Shown here: in pieces, positions 50,682 to 61,220 of the stretch
Layout: every line of letters starts with the position of its first letter
Numbering within the stretch: the first letter of the stretch is position 1
NCBI GenBank assembly: GCA_963803805.1
Contig: CAWDOD010000002.1
Coordinates: 768,001-832,000, forward strand
DNA: 64,000 nucleotides
Source: an uncultured cyanobacterium
GTDB taxonomy: Bacteria > Cyanobacteriota > Cyanobacteriia > Cyanobacteriales > CAWCAG01
Direction: 5' to 3'
Program-made: the position numbers and the translations under genes
Notes under the pieces: model-generated
Told to the model about the DNA's origin: nothing
The model's database searches: none
Seen by the model: the letters and a program-made list of their open reading frames with translations, nothing else

Positions 50682-50844
50682 GCTGCGTTCCCCGTTGTAA
50701 TATAGACTGTGATTTACCTGCTTTGAATGAAGTATTACCTTTTTTCATTATCCAACAAAGATGCGAAGCTCGTAAGGTGATTTTCGATTTCCCGATTGGT
50801 TAAAATTAGAGAAGATGAGAAAGAAAGAATAGGGAGTTAGATCA

Positions 50845-51039
50845 ATGGTTAAATTGTTAGGTATAGTTCTGGTCATAGTTTATATCTGGGGATGTATCAA
50901 GTTTTGGCAAGGATTTAAAAGAACTAATTTTGTCCCCACTTTTGCTAATCGCCTTCTCTTAGCAGCTTTTTGGCCAGCTTTGTTGATTGTTAACAAATCC
51001 TATCGCCAAAATTTTCAAAAAGCCCTTAAAGGTAGATAG
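50845..51039 (+). CDS. Small conserved cyanobacterial membrane protein
   Basis: FWQGFKRTNF, FWP, SYRQNFQKALKG. Confidence 0.7.
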   Translation: MVKLLGIVLVIVYIWGCIKFWQGFKRTNFVPTFANRLLLAAFWPALLIVNKSYRQNFQKALKGR

Positions 51040-51077
51040 GGGAATAAAAGGAGAGCAGAATTAATCAATATATTTGG

Positions 51078-51842
51078 TTGATTGGTGGTACTAGTGAGAG
51101 TGGGGCAGTAGCGCGATCGCTGGCTGCTAAGAATTTGCCTTGTTTGATTAGCGTCACTACAGAATCTGCTTGTTCTCTTTATCCTCAGTTACCTTGTTTT
51201 GAGGTGATGGTGGGTAAACTTAATCGGCAACAAATTGAGTCTTTGTTAAGGGAACGAAATATCAAGGGTATTGTTGATGCTTCCCATCCCTATGCCACAG
51301 AAATTTCTCAAACTGCGATCGCCATATCTTCCCAACAAAATTTACCTTATTTACGTTATGAACGTCCAAGTTTAGGGGAGAATGAAGGAGAGGGAAGAGA
51401 GGGAAGGTTAGCTAGTTTTGCTACCCTCCTCCAAGGGAATTACCTCACCAGACAGCGAGTACTTTTAACCGTTGGTTATAAAGCCTTACCTTTATTTCAG
51501 CCTTGGCAAAACAGGGCTACTCTTTTCGCCAGAATTTTACCTAATCAAGAATCTTTACAAGTCGCCTTAAAAGCAGGATTTACGAACCATCGCCTCATTG
51601 CCATTCGCCCTCCTTTAAGTAAAGAATTGGAAAAGGCTTTATGGCAGCAGTGGGAAATTTCTTTAGTAGTAACCAAAGCTTCAGGGAAAGCAGGAGGAGA
51701 GGCCATCAAACGTTCTTTAACTAAAGAACTAGGGATACCACTAATCACTATCACCAGACCAAAAGTCAACTATCCCCAACAAACTAGCAAGTTATCAGAA
51801 GTAATAGTATTTTCTAAGCAACTCATATCAAACTCTAATTGA
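51078..51842 (+). CDS. cobK: Cobalt-precorrin-6A reductase
   Basis: IGGTSE, VDASHPYA, YLRYERP, VVTKASG; start codon position uncertain. Confidence 0.9.
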   Translation: MIGGTSESGAVARSLAAKNLPCLISVTTESACSLYPQLPCFEVMVGKLNRQQIESLLRERNIKGIVDASHPYATEISQTAIAISSQQNLPYLRYERPSLGENEGEGREGRLASFATLLQGNYLTRQRVLLTVGYKALPLFQPWQNRATLFARILPNQESLQVALKAGFTNHRLIAIRPPLSKELEKALWQQWEISLVVTKASGKAGGEAIKRSLTKELGIPLITITRPKVNYPQQTSKLSEVIVFSKQLISNSN

Positions 51843-51870
51843 TTGTTTTACAAAGCAAATTTGATCTATA

Positions 51871-53710
51871 ATGTTTCCCCCCTCCTTCAAACCCTTAGCA
51901 GCCATCGCAACTACTCCTAATGCTGTTACTAAATTACAGCTTTTGGGAATTAAAGTTTGGGTTCCCCAACCCCTTAGTCATTTGGCTGATGTCCAGGTAT
52001 ACCAAGGTTCTTTACAAACTTGTTTAGCCTCCCTTTGGAAAAATCACCGCGCCTTGGTTTTTTGCTTAGCTGCGGGGGCAGTAGTGAGGTTAATTGCCCC
52101 TCTTTTAAAAGACAAAAAGAGTGATCCTGCGGTGGTAGTACTAGATCAAGAAGGACGTTTTGTCATTAGTTTGTGTAGTGGACATCAGGGAGGGGCAGAT
52201 GTTTTAACTCGCTTAATTGCTAAGCAGTTGGGGGCAACCCCAGTATTAACCGGGGCAGCAGCAAGTTTGGATTTGCCGGGAATTGACCAGCTTGGGGTTC
52301 AGTTTGGCTGGGGCAAAGGAACAGGAGATTGGACAGGAGTTAGTGCGGCGGTAGCCCGTCAAGAGGTGGTAGAAGTGATTCAGGAAGTGGGTTCTACCCT
52401 TTGGCAAAAACATTTACCCCAAGGACATCCTTTTGTTTTTGGTTTTCCTGAACCGGGCAAAAATCAAGGGCAACCCCAAGGCAGAATTTGGATTAGTTTC
52501 ACTAAACGCAAATTTTCCCCGGACACAGAATCTTGCCAAAGTACAATGGCATCCCCGTGTCCTTTGGATTGGTATGGGTTGTGAACGGAGTACTTCTCAA
52601 TTGGTAATGGAAACTGCTATAGAGGAAGTATTTCAACGCTATCATCTGGCAACAGAGGCGATCGCAGGGGTTGCCACCATTGATCTTAAAGCTGATGAAT
52701 TAGGCATTTTGAGTTTGTGCCAAAAACGAAACTTTCCTTTACAAACCTTTCAGGCTGAGGCTTTGGAGAAGGTAGAAGTACCCACACCTTCTGCTGTAGT
52801 TAACCAAGAAGTGGGAACTCCTAGCGTAGCAGAAGCAGCAGCTATGTTAGCAACTCAAAATTCTTCTCTACTTGTCCCAAAACAAATTTTTCGCCTAGAA
52901 GGTGAACCGGGGGCTGTAACTGTAGCAGTGGCACAGACTGAGTTGGAATATATAGGGAGGAAAGGAAAATTATTTCTAGTGGGTACAGGGCCAGGAGACT
53001 TGGGACAAATGACCCCTACAGCCCAAACTGCGGTGGTCCAAGCAGATGTAATTATTGGTTATTCTTTGTACCTTAACTTAATTAAACCTCTTCATCGTCC
53101 AGGGCAAATTCAAGAAAGCTTCCCTATCACCCAAGAAAGGCAAAGGGCGCAAAGGGCCATTGAATTGGCTAACTGGGGTTTAACAGTGGCAGTAGTGTCT
53201 TCTGGGGATGCCGGGATTTATGGGATGGCAGGATTGGTGATGGAGGAACTCAAAGCACAAGGTTGGGATGGTGAAACTCCAGGAGTAGAGGTCTTTCCGG
53301 GGATTAGCGCCCTACAAGCTGCCGCAGCCAGGGTAGGTACGCCTTTAATGCACGATTTTTGTGCCATTAGTTTAAGCGATTTATTAACCCCTTGGGAAGT
53401 TATTGCTAAGCGTTTAGAAGCAGCAGCAGAAGCTGATTTTGTTACAGCAATTTATAATCCCCGTTCTCAATCTCGTACCCAACAAATTGAGATTGCCCAA
53501 AAAACTTTCTTAAAATATCGAGATGCTAATACCCCGGTGGCTTTAGTCCGTTCTGCCTATCGTCAAGATGAAGAAATTGTCGTCACGACTTTGGAGAAGA
53601 TGCTAGATTTTCCTATTGATATGTTAACTACGGTTTTAATCGGCAACCACAGTACCCAAAATTATGCCAACTGGCTAATTACCCCGCGAGGCTATATCAA
53701 ATCTGTTTGA
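51871..53710 (+). pseudogene. cobJ: CbiG + precorrin-3B C17-methyltransferase fusion, split by a frameshift near 52513-52535 (pseudogene or sequence error)
   Basis: Frame 1 has the CbiG N-terminus (DPAVVV, SGHQGGA). The +1 frame continues KVQWHPRVLWIGMGCER, PSVAEAAA, VGTGPG, VSSGDAGIYGMAG, TPRGY. Confidence 0.8.
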
Positions 53711-53801
53711 ACAGTTGCAAAAATAGCGATCGCTTCGAGCTTAGTTAGAGTACTGTGAGAAAAGAATATTTTATATATTATCTCGACAATATCTTACAGA
53801 A

Positions 53802-54944
53802 ATGACTTCTACCATCACCATCAAGGAAAACCATCGTCTCTCCCTAGAAAAACTAACCTTACCTAAGCGAGTTTTACTTGGTCCTGGCCCCTCTAATGCC
53901 CATCCCCAAGTACTGCAAGCCCTTAGTATTGAACCCGTAGGACATTTAGATCCTAGTTATCTATCCTTAATGGATGAGGTACAAGAACTTTTACGCTACA
54001 CTTGGCAAACTAGTAACCCTACTACTATTAGCATTAGTGGTACAGGTAGTGCTGCCATGGAAGCTACCTTAGCTAATGTTGTTGAACCAGAAGAGGTTGT
54101 TTTGGTTGGGGTTATGGGTTATTTCGGCAACCGCCTAGTAGATATGGCAGGGCGTTATGGGGCTGAGGTACGCACTATGATGAAGCCTTGGGGAGAAGTA
54201 TTTAGCTTAGCAGAATTACGAAGTAACTTAGAAAAACATCGTCCTGCTATCCTGGCTTTAGTTCATGCGGAAACTTCTACCGGGGCTTGTCAGCCTTTAG
54301 AAGGAGTAGGAGAACTCTGTCGGGAGTTTGACTGCTTGTTGCTGGTAGATAGTGTAACTAGTTTAGGGGGCGTGCCTTTATTGATTGATGATTGGGGCAT
54401 TGATTTGTCCTACAGTTGTTCTCAAAAAGGCTTAAGCTGCCCTCCTGGTTTAGCACCTTTTACCATGAGTCCTCGCGCAGTGGATAAGTTGCAACAGAGA
54501 AAGACAAAGGTTGCTAATTGGTATTTAGATATTTCCCTATTAAGCAAATATTGGGGACAAGAACGCATCTATCACCACACAGCCCCCGTTAATATGAATT
54601 ATGCTTTGCGGGAAGCTTTGCGCTTATTGGCAGAAGAAGGTTTGGCAAAGCGTTGGCAACGCCACAAAGATAATGCTCAATTACTTTGGGATGGTTTGGC
54701 AGATTTAGGTTTAAAATGCCATGTAGCTAAAGAATTTCGCTTGCCCACTTTAACCACAGTCCGCATTCCCCAAGGAGTAGATGGGAAAGGGATTAGTAAG
54801 AGGTTGTTGCAAAATTATAATATTGAAATTGGTGGCGGCTTAGGAGAATTAGCAGGGCAAGTTTGGCGTATTGGTTTGATGGGTTATAACAGTAAGCCAG
54901 AGAATGTAGAACTAATTCTTAAGACTTTGCAGGAAGTTTTGTAG
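53802..54944 (+). CDS. Alanine--glyoxylate/serine--pyruvate aminotransferase (class V PLP)
   Basis: LLGPGPS, VHAETSTG, YSCSQKGLSCPPG, YHHTAP, WRIGLMG. Confidence 0.93.
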   Translation: MTSTITIKENHRLSLEKLTLPKRVLLGPGPSNAHPQVLQALSIEPVGHLDPSYLSLMDEVQELLRYTWQTSNPTTISISGTGSAAMEATLANVVEPEEVVLVGVMGYFGNRLVDMAGRYGAEVRTMMKPWGEVFSLAELRSNLEKHRPAILALVHAETSTGACQPLEGVGELCREFDCLLLVDSVTSLGGVPLLIDDWGIDLSYSCSQKGLSCPPGLAPFTMSPRAVDKLQQRKTKVANWYLDISLLSKYWGQERIYHHTAPVNMNYALREALRLLAEEGLAKRWQRHKDNAQLLWDGLADLGLKCHVAKEFRLPTLTTVRIPQGVDGKGISKRLLQNYNIEIGGGLGELAGQVWRIGLMGYNSKPENVELILKTLQEVL

Positions 54945-55042
54945 GTTCTTGTTATTATTCTTATCAATACCTCTGGCATTCAACACTTCTGGCTCAAACC
55001 TATGAGCAGTAAACTCTTAAATGAGCTACTTTTGACTTAGTG

Positions 55043-57580
55043 CTATTCACCATTTTTCAAAACCTTGGGTAAGTTTGGAGGTTTCTTTAATTTGAGAGAA
55101 ACAAAATAGCGACTCCTAACCAAACTGGTAGGTTGCCAGGGAGGATGCCAGTAGGTGTCTTGTATAACAGCTTGATCATTATCTTTTGACCATATAACCT
55201 TAACTACACTAAAATTGTTGCGTCCCACCACTTCTCGCCCTTCTTGTAACCAACGATTACGCCAAAATACGGCTAGTAATTTACTTAATAATTTATTACC
55301 CAAATTGAGTAGAGGATTAGGTAAAGGACGTTTTTCTAACCACCTTTTAATACCCTTAACTTTCTCGGCTTTGAGGCGATGAATCCAAGCGATTTCATAA
55401 CGCCAGTCTGGTAAATATTTAGGGTCTTTAACTGCTAATTCCCAGGCTAGCTGCCAGTTACCTTGAGTAGGGTTTATTTTTCGTAGGAAGGGGCTGTTGC
55501 GATCCTGGTTAACTATATCAATCATCTGGATCTTCTCTGGAGTAATAACCACATCAACTAACTGAGGCTGTTCATTCCATCCTGCCCAAAATTCTGATTG
55601 TTCTGGAAACAAAGATTTCGCTTTAGTGTGAATCAAATAGGTGGCTACTTCAGCATTTTTAAAAGCGCTAGAAGTTAATTGCACTAACATCCCTGCTTTT
55701 TCTGAGTTCGTAGAAAGAGAAGGTGAGGAGGCTTGGAAGGGACGACGTGACCAATAATTGAGGCGTACAGCACAACTATAGTGGATATCTCCAGAGAGAA
55801 TTATCAGGTGATCGCGATGTTGAAATAAAGTAGTTAATAGCTTACTAAAAGCAACTTGATTAAAGTTCCAACTATCCCCCACATCGTTATCAAATACCCG
55901 TTCCTGTTGTAAGTAAAATTCCTGTACTTGGTCAATAATTTTCAAGCTAACTAAGTTAGTTGGGGCAACAATAAAAGTTAGTTCAACTTGGCATTTCTTC
56001 TCTGCTTTGAGTTTTTCTGTATAGGTTAAAGGGTCTTGTAATTGTTCTATAAAAGCTGTAGGAGAGAGTAACATCGGCGGTGTTAAAGAACCCTGTTCTC
56101 CTAAAGGATAGCCCCGCCAAGTACGTGTATCTAAAACGATGACTTCATGGCTAGTGCTTCTAATGGTGTAATGCCAAGTTAAGATGCTGTTTTCCCCGTC
56201 AGTTTTGCGCCTTAAAATTAAAACATCTCCATCCCTTTGATATTCTGCTAAACCTGATTCTGGATCTAAAGGAGGGATGCCCAAATAAGCAGCCAGTTGC
56301 TGATTGATTTCTTGATCTTTTCCCTGGGATGCTGACCATTTTTGGGCAGCTTTTAAAAATTTCTCTCCCCTTTCTCCTAACTCAAATTGTTCTGGAGTAT
56401 TGCCCCAACCTTGAAATAAACCATAGGACAACATGGCATTTTGTACGGTTCTTTTGCCGAGGGGACTGCTTAAGACACGGTTGCACCACTCTAGGTTAAG
56501 ATACCAATCATCGCTAACATCATGGTCATCAAAAATCATGTAGGTAGGTACATTAGCTAATGCCCGTCTAACTTGCCAAAGATCCCTAGCAAATTCTTGA
56601 ATAGCTTGCGTTTCACTATCCCAAATCTGGGCCTGTTGTGTATCTTTGGTGACGGTATTGCCTTTGGGAAACTCATTAGGCCAAATTACAGGCGACCAAG
56701 ATAGCAGATACATAGCATAATACTCCCCTAAGCTAAAAAGATGGCTTTTCGCTTTAGATTCATAACCGTGTAGCATTCCTGTAAACCCAGCGTTAATCCT
56801 GGCTACCTCGCTACGTTGTCCCGGTTTGATTTGTTGGGGTTTTTGAAATTCATATTCTCCGGTTGGTAACAGTTTTATAGGTAAGTCTTCTTCCCAACCC
56901 AGCAGACTATCTCCTAAATAAGATGAAGCCCATAATAAAGGATCGGCAACATCATCGCCGTAAATTTGATCTCCGGTGAGGAAGAGTTGATGAATCCGAT
57001 CATTAGCTAAGTGGGCAGATTTTTCTAGCAACTTATCGAGGATAGGTAGCATATCCCTTTCCCCGCCGTGGGGTTTGCGACAGGAACCATGGACGATTTT
57101 GAGCTGGTTTAAGTCCTCTGGGGGTAAGGTGAAGGTGGGGAGATTATGGTCGAAGTAGCTAAGGCTGATGTAGGGACTAAAGTTTTCGGCGTTTAAAGCT
57201 TGCGGGAGTGACTGAGGGGGAGAAGGATCGGTTTGGAGGTTGCTAAATTCGAGATCGTAGCTATAAATGTAGCTTGGTTGGAGATGGAAGTTATTGATTG
57301 GTTTAGCTGTAATGGAGGCTAAATGCAGATTTTGCCCTAACTGTATTGTGGTGCGATCGCCCCTCTGCACTAGTTCTTGAATCTTTTTTCCCTGACCGTT
57401 TTCAGTGGCATAGACTTTTAAGGTAACGTGACGCGGTTCTTTTAGTGCTACCCAAACCGTAACTGCTTCCGGGATAGTTTTTCGCAAAATTGGTCCTGCC
57501 AGAATTAGCGGCAAGTTTGACCAACTTTTAAAGTAGTCTGCGTGGGTATGGTAACTTTTTGGCATCCCCCTACTCCCCAC
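55043..57580 (-). CDS. PhoD-like metallophosphatase
   Basis: HGSCRKPHG, LTGDQIYGDDV, MIFDDHDVSDDW, LDTRT, LSGDIH. Confidence 0.88.
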   Translation of the reverse strand: MGSRGMPKSYHTHADYFKSWSNLPLILAGPILRKTIPEAVTVWVALKEPRHVTLKVYATENGQGKKIQELVQRGDRTTIQLGQNLHLASITAKPINNFHLQPSYIYSYDLEFSNLQTDPSPPQSLPQALNAENFSPYISLSYFDHNLPTFTLPPEDLNQLKIVHGSCRKPHGGERDMLPILDKLLEKSAHLANDRIHQLFLTGDQIYGDDVADPLLWASSYLGDSLLGWEEDLPIKLLPTGEYEFQKPQQIKPGQRSEVARINAGFTGMLHGYESKAKSHLFSLGEYYAMYLLSWSPVIWPNEFPKGNTVTKDTQQAQIWDSETQAIQEFARDLWQVRRALANVPTYMIFDDHDVSDDWYLNLEWCNRVLSSPLGKRTVQNAMLSYGLFQGWGNTPEQFELGERGEKFLKAAQKWSASQGKDQEINQQLAAYLGIPPLDPESGLAEYQRDGDVLILRRKTDGENSILTWHYTIRSTSHEVIVLDTRTWRGYPLGEQGSLTPPMLLSPTAFIEQLQDPLTYTEKLKAEKKCQVELTFIVAPTNLVSLKIIDQVQEFYLQQERVFDNDVGDSWNFNQVAFSKLLTTLFQHRDHLIILSGDIHYSCAVRLNYWSRRPFQASSPSLSTNSEKAGMLVQLTSSAFKNAEVATYLIHTKAKSLFPEQSEFWAGWNEQPQLVDVVITPEKIQMIDIVNQDRNSPFLRKINPTQGNWQLAWELAVKDPKYLPDWRYEIAWIHRLKAEKVKGIKRWLEKRPLPNPLLNLGNKLLSKLLAVFWRNRWLQEGREVVGRNNFSVVKVIWSKDNDQAVIQDTYWHPPWQPTSLVRSRYFVSLKLKKPPNLPKVLKNGE

Positions 57581-57638
57581 TTCCTACTCCCTCAAGCCAA
57601 GAATTTCGTACCTCACAAACAATCTTAAATATTATATA

Positions 57639-58700
57639 TCAAGGATTGCTAAAAGTATTGATTTCTCCATTCCCTGTATAGCGCCCAGGAATTGGTCGAG
57701 GAGTGATAGTGCGAGGATTGGTTTGAAATCCTTGGTTAAACTGATTATTGTTGAATGTAGAGTTTGGTACAGGTTGGGGTTGATAATAAACTGGTGGTGC
57801 TACTTGGCGAGTACTGGGGTTGTAAGTGCTGGCATTGTTGGGAACAGGAACTACCGGAGTGAAATTTGTTTGGACAGGGGCAAGATTAACTGGTTGAGAT
57901 TGACCTGAATAGTTGTAATTATTGTAGTTATTGGCAGGGGCTTGATAAGTCGTAAAATTCTGTTTTTGGTTATTTAAAATTGGTTGTTGAGATTGATACT
58001 GCCCTTGATAACCATTAACTTGACTTCCTTGCAAAGATGAATTGCTACTTTCCAAGTTGTTATTTCCTAATTGCTGGATACTATTTTTAGTAACCTCCAA
58101 TTGTTGAATTGCCTGTTGTAAAGCACTACCTTGGTTAGCTTCATTTTTGTTGTTGTTGCTTAACCCAAATTGAGGTACGTTGAAAAAAGAGCTGCTTCCA
58201 CTACTAGAATTGCCAGCAACGGGGTTAGAATCATTTTGACCAATTGTAGGTAGTAAACTTCCAAAGGCATTAGGATCAGTTAATGCTTCAAGAGCATTTT
58301 TAAAAGAGTTTTTGTTAGAATTTTCTTGCTCTTTAGTTTCAGCTTTATCTTGAGAGTTTTTCTCTTCACTCTCTTTTTCCGAGTCCTCTGTCTGAGTAGG
58401 ATTGTTAGGATCTATTGTAGATAAGGTTCCTGTATCTATTAGTTGCAAATCTTCTTCAGGAAGTTCCTCAGACAATTCAGAATCATTAGCTATACTGTCA
58501 GGATTGCTACTATCAACTGCCGACTCAGGTACTCCACTAAGTTTCTCTATCCATTCTGGATCTTGCAAATATTGCCAGACAAAGATGGAAACAACCGAAA
58601 GTATGGCAGCCGTAACCAAAAATTCTGGTCTTTTAAAAGGCTGCAACCGTGCTTTCAGGTAGCGAAGAGAATTAGAAGTGTTTTTCTGCTCAGATGACAT
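57639..58700 (-). CDS. Hypothetical membrane-anchored low-complexity (N/Q/S/P-rich) protein
   Basis: N-terminal TM segment, acidic linker, C-terminal PGRYTGNGEINTFSNP. Confidence 0.75.
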   Translation of the reverse strand: MSSEQKNTSNSLRYLKARLQPFKRPEFLVTAAILSVVSIFVWQYLQDPEWIEKLSGVPESAVDSSNPDSIANDSELSEELPEEDLQLIDTGTLSTIDPNNPTQTEDSEKESEEKNSQDKAETKEQENSNKNSFKNALEALTDPNAFGSLLPTIGQNDSNPVAGNSSSGSSSFFNVPQFGLSNNNKNEANQGSALQQAIQQLEVTKNSIQQLGNNNLESSNSSLQGSQVNGYQGQYQSQQPILNNQKQNFTTYQAPANNYNNYNYSGQSQPVNLAPVQTNFTPVVPVPNNASTYNPSTRQVAPPVYYQPQPVPNSTFNNNQFNQGFQTNPRTITPRPIPGRYTGNGEINTFSNP

Positions 58701-58907
58701 AAGCTTAACCAGAGTTGCTCTTTAATGACTAATAAAAATGGAGATATACCAACACAGTAGTTGATTGTTGTTTCTCAGTGGAATCAAATGGTTTTTCAAT
58801 ATTCCCAACTTATTAGAAAGCACAGCTAGCTAGGAATGTTTAAAGTTAATCTACCGCTCCTATACTAGCTTACTTTTTTTTCGATGCTACTATTGTTTCA
58901 GTATAGT

Positions 58908-59162
58908 TTACAAATCTGAAGGTGTATCTGGTGCTATTTCAATGCCACCGGTTCGTTTAACGGTTTGTTGATCAGTAATTAAGTCGCTAATCTGTTGTAT
59001 ATCAACACCCATATCTTGGCAAGCTTTTTTAAGTTCTTGCTGAAATGTTTTTAAGTCTTCACCATAACCACATAGCTTAGCTGCCACTTCCAAGCCTTGT
59101 TTGGCATTAGCTTTGGCACAATCAACTAAATCTGTACCTTTGAGGGGTTTATCTGCTGCCAT
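58908..59162 (-). CDS. Conserved cyanobacterial hypothetical protein
   Basis: LVDCAKANA, CGYGED, EIAPDT; GAGG RBS upstream. Confidence 0.75.
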   Translation of the reverse strand: MAADKPLKGTDLVDCAKANAKQGLEVAAKLCGYGEDLKTFQQELKKACQDMGVDIQQISDLITDQQTVKRTGGIEIAPDTPSDL

Positions 59163-59224
59163 TGTTTAACCTCTTAGTTGTTAATCTAATTAGCTTGTTT
59201 GTTATGAATTTAAACTGTAGCTAA

Positions 59225-60733
59225 TCACCGTTTCACATCATAGCCAAATAAGTTCGGGTTAACCTCATCTAAATCTAAATCAGCTAAGCCATATTCTGCC
59301 CAACGCCTTTCTACCATCTCGGCAATATCAGGATCAGATTCTAAAACTTCTCCCCATTCGTGGTCAGTTTCCGGGGGAATTTTTGTAGTAGCATCAATGC
59401 CCATTCTGCCCCCTAAACCAATTTTCTGACTGGCAAAATCTAAGGTATCAAAGGGAGTTTCTCCGAGGATGAATACGTCCCTAACGGGGTCAACTTTGGA
59501 ACTAATCGCCCAAACTACTTGACGAGGATCGCGAATGTTGATTTCTTTATCTACGACAATGACAAATTTAGTATAAGTGAATTGAGGTAAAGCACTCCAA
59601 AAAGCTAAAGCAGCCCTCCGTGCTTGCCCAGGATAAGCTTTATCAATGGAGATGATGGCGGCTTTGTAACTCAAGGCTTCCATAGGTAAAAAGAAATCGA
59701 CAATTTCTGATACCTGTTGCCGCAAGATGGGAGTATAGATACGGTTGAGGGCAATGGCCATCATCGCTTCTTCTTTGGGAGGACGACCGCTAAAGGTGGT
59801 TAAATAAACTGGGTCTTGGCGATGGGTCATGGTATGAAAACGGACTAGTGGAGAGTCTTCTACGCCGCCGTAGTAACCCATATGATCTCCGAAAGGTCCG
59901 TCGGGAAGCATTTCTCCTGGGGTAATTGTCCCTTCTAAGACAAATTCAGCAGCCGCAGGTACTTCTAAATCTAGGGTTTTACATTTGGCTAATTGTACTC
60001 CAGATCCGGCGTAAAGCCCTGCAAACAGCCATTCTGATAAATCTACAGGTATGGGGGTAGCCGCCGCCATAATAATCAAGGGGTCAACTCCTAGGGCGAT
60101 CGCAATTTCTAAATTTTTCCCCGCCTCTGCTGCTTTGCGTAAATGTCTTGCCCCGCCTCGTACCGATAACCAATGGACGGTCATGGTATTTTTTGATTGT
60201 AGTTGCAGGCGATATACCCCCACATTGGGAGTGCCTGTTTCCACATCTTTGGTGATCACTAACCCCAAGGTGATGATTTTTCCCGCATCTTTGGCATAAG
60301 GGCGAATGAGAGGAAGTTTGTTTAAATCTAATTCTTCTTCAGTGACAACCACTTGCTGGCAAGGGGGCAACCAACTTTTCCCTGGTTTAGCTTTAACTAC
60401 ATCAAACAAAACCTTCCCAAAATCAACAGCTTGAGAAATCTTTTTAGGAGGTTTGGGTTGTTGCAACATCCCCAATTTTTTCCCCAGAGTTTCCAACTCC
60501 TCTGGCTTTTCCATATTCATAGCCCAGCAAATTCTTTCTACTGTTCCCATGAGGTTAATTGCAACGGGAAAGGCTGCACCCTTAACGTTTTCAAATAGTA
60601 GTCCTGGGCCCCCTGCTTGCAACATTCGGTTAGAAATCTCGGCAATTTCTAAATCTGGGTCTACCAATGTATTGATACGCCGCAGTTGTCCCCGTCCTTC
60701 TAGAAGTTTAATAAATCCCCGTAAATCTCTCAT
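59225..60733 (-). CDS. ubiD: UbiD-family decarboxylase (likely 4-hydroxy-3-polyprenylbenzoate decarboxylase)
   Basis: NVGVYRLQ, DGPFGDHMGYY, GRPPKEE, MGIDAT. Confidence 0.92.
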   Translation of the reverse strand: MRDLRGFIKLLEGRGQLRRINTLVDPDLEIAEISNRMLQAGGPGLLFENVKGAAFPVAINLMGTVERICWAMNMEKPEELETLGKKLGMLQQPKPPKKISQAVDFGKVLFDVVKAKPGKSWLPPCQQVVVTEEELDLNKLPLIRPYAKDAGKIITLGLVITKDVETGTPNVGVYRLQLQSKNTMTVHWLSVRGGARHLRKAAEAGKNLEIAIALGVDPLIIMAAATPIPVDLSEWLFAGLYAGSGVQLAKCKTLDLEVPAAAEFVLEGTITPGEMLPDGPFGDHMGYYGGVEDSPLVRFHTMTHRQDPVYLTTFSGRPPKEEAMMAIALNRIYTPILRQQVSEIVDFFLPMEALSYKAAIISIDKAYPGQARRAALAFWSALPQFTYTKFVIVVDKEINIRDPRQVVWAISSKVDPVRDVFILGETPFDTLDFASQKIGLGGRMGIDATTKIPPETDHEWGEVLESDPDIAEMVERRWAEYGLADLDLDEVNPNLFGYDVKR

Positions 60734-60780
60734 CAGTTATCAATGATCAGTTATCAATGATCAATTATCAATGATCAATA
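60733..60780. repeat. STRR-like alternating heptamer repeat; related copies at about 41728-41762 and 44097-44130
   Basis: tcagtta tcaatga tcagtta tcaatga tcaatta tcaatga tcaata. Confidence 0.75.
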
Positions 60781-61220
60781 TGAGATTAGGTGCTGATGGC
60801 AAAATTTTGGGTGTAGCTAGTATTTTCTAGGTCTATTTTAAAGCTGAATTTTTCTCTGGGAGAAGCACTAGATTCGTAACGTAAAAAAGTCTCTCCTTGA
60901 TTGGTTTTTATTTCGCGAAAAAGTTCTTCTAATTCTGTTAAAACCATCAGTTTAAGATTGATTGGTAATTCTTCTTCTTGCCCTTGAGAATTATAGTTGT
61001 AAATTAAGGTTTCATTGCTTTACGCCAAGGCAAGCTGCTTTTCGGCTGTTAACAAACAGTAGAAATGAGCTTGCTTAAAAATTACTCCCTGGTATCCATA
61101 AGTTTGAGCTATTTTTGCTACTTAATTATAAATAAATGTAACGAAAAACCGAATTCCTCCTCAAATTCCTTGTTATTGCTTGAGAGAAAAATGAACTGAT
61201 AGCAAAAGGGAGCATAGTGG

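Noticed and set aside
60786-61121. Minus-strand reading frame (IAQTYGYQGVIF...LA*SNETLIYNY...FAIST*)
   Set aside because: Interrupted by an in-frame stop at 61020-61022 with no clear start or recognisable family; possibly a pseudogene but unsupported.
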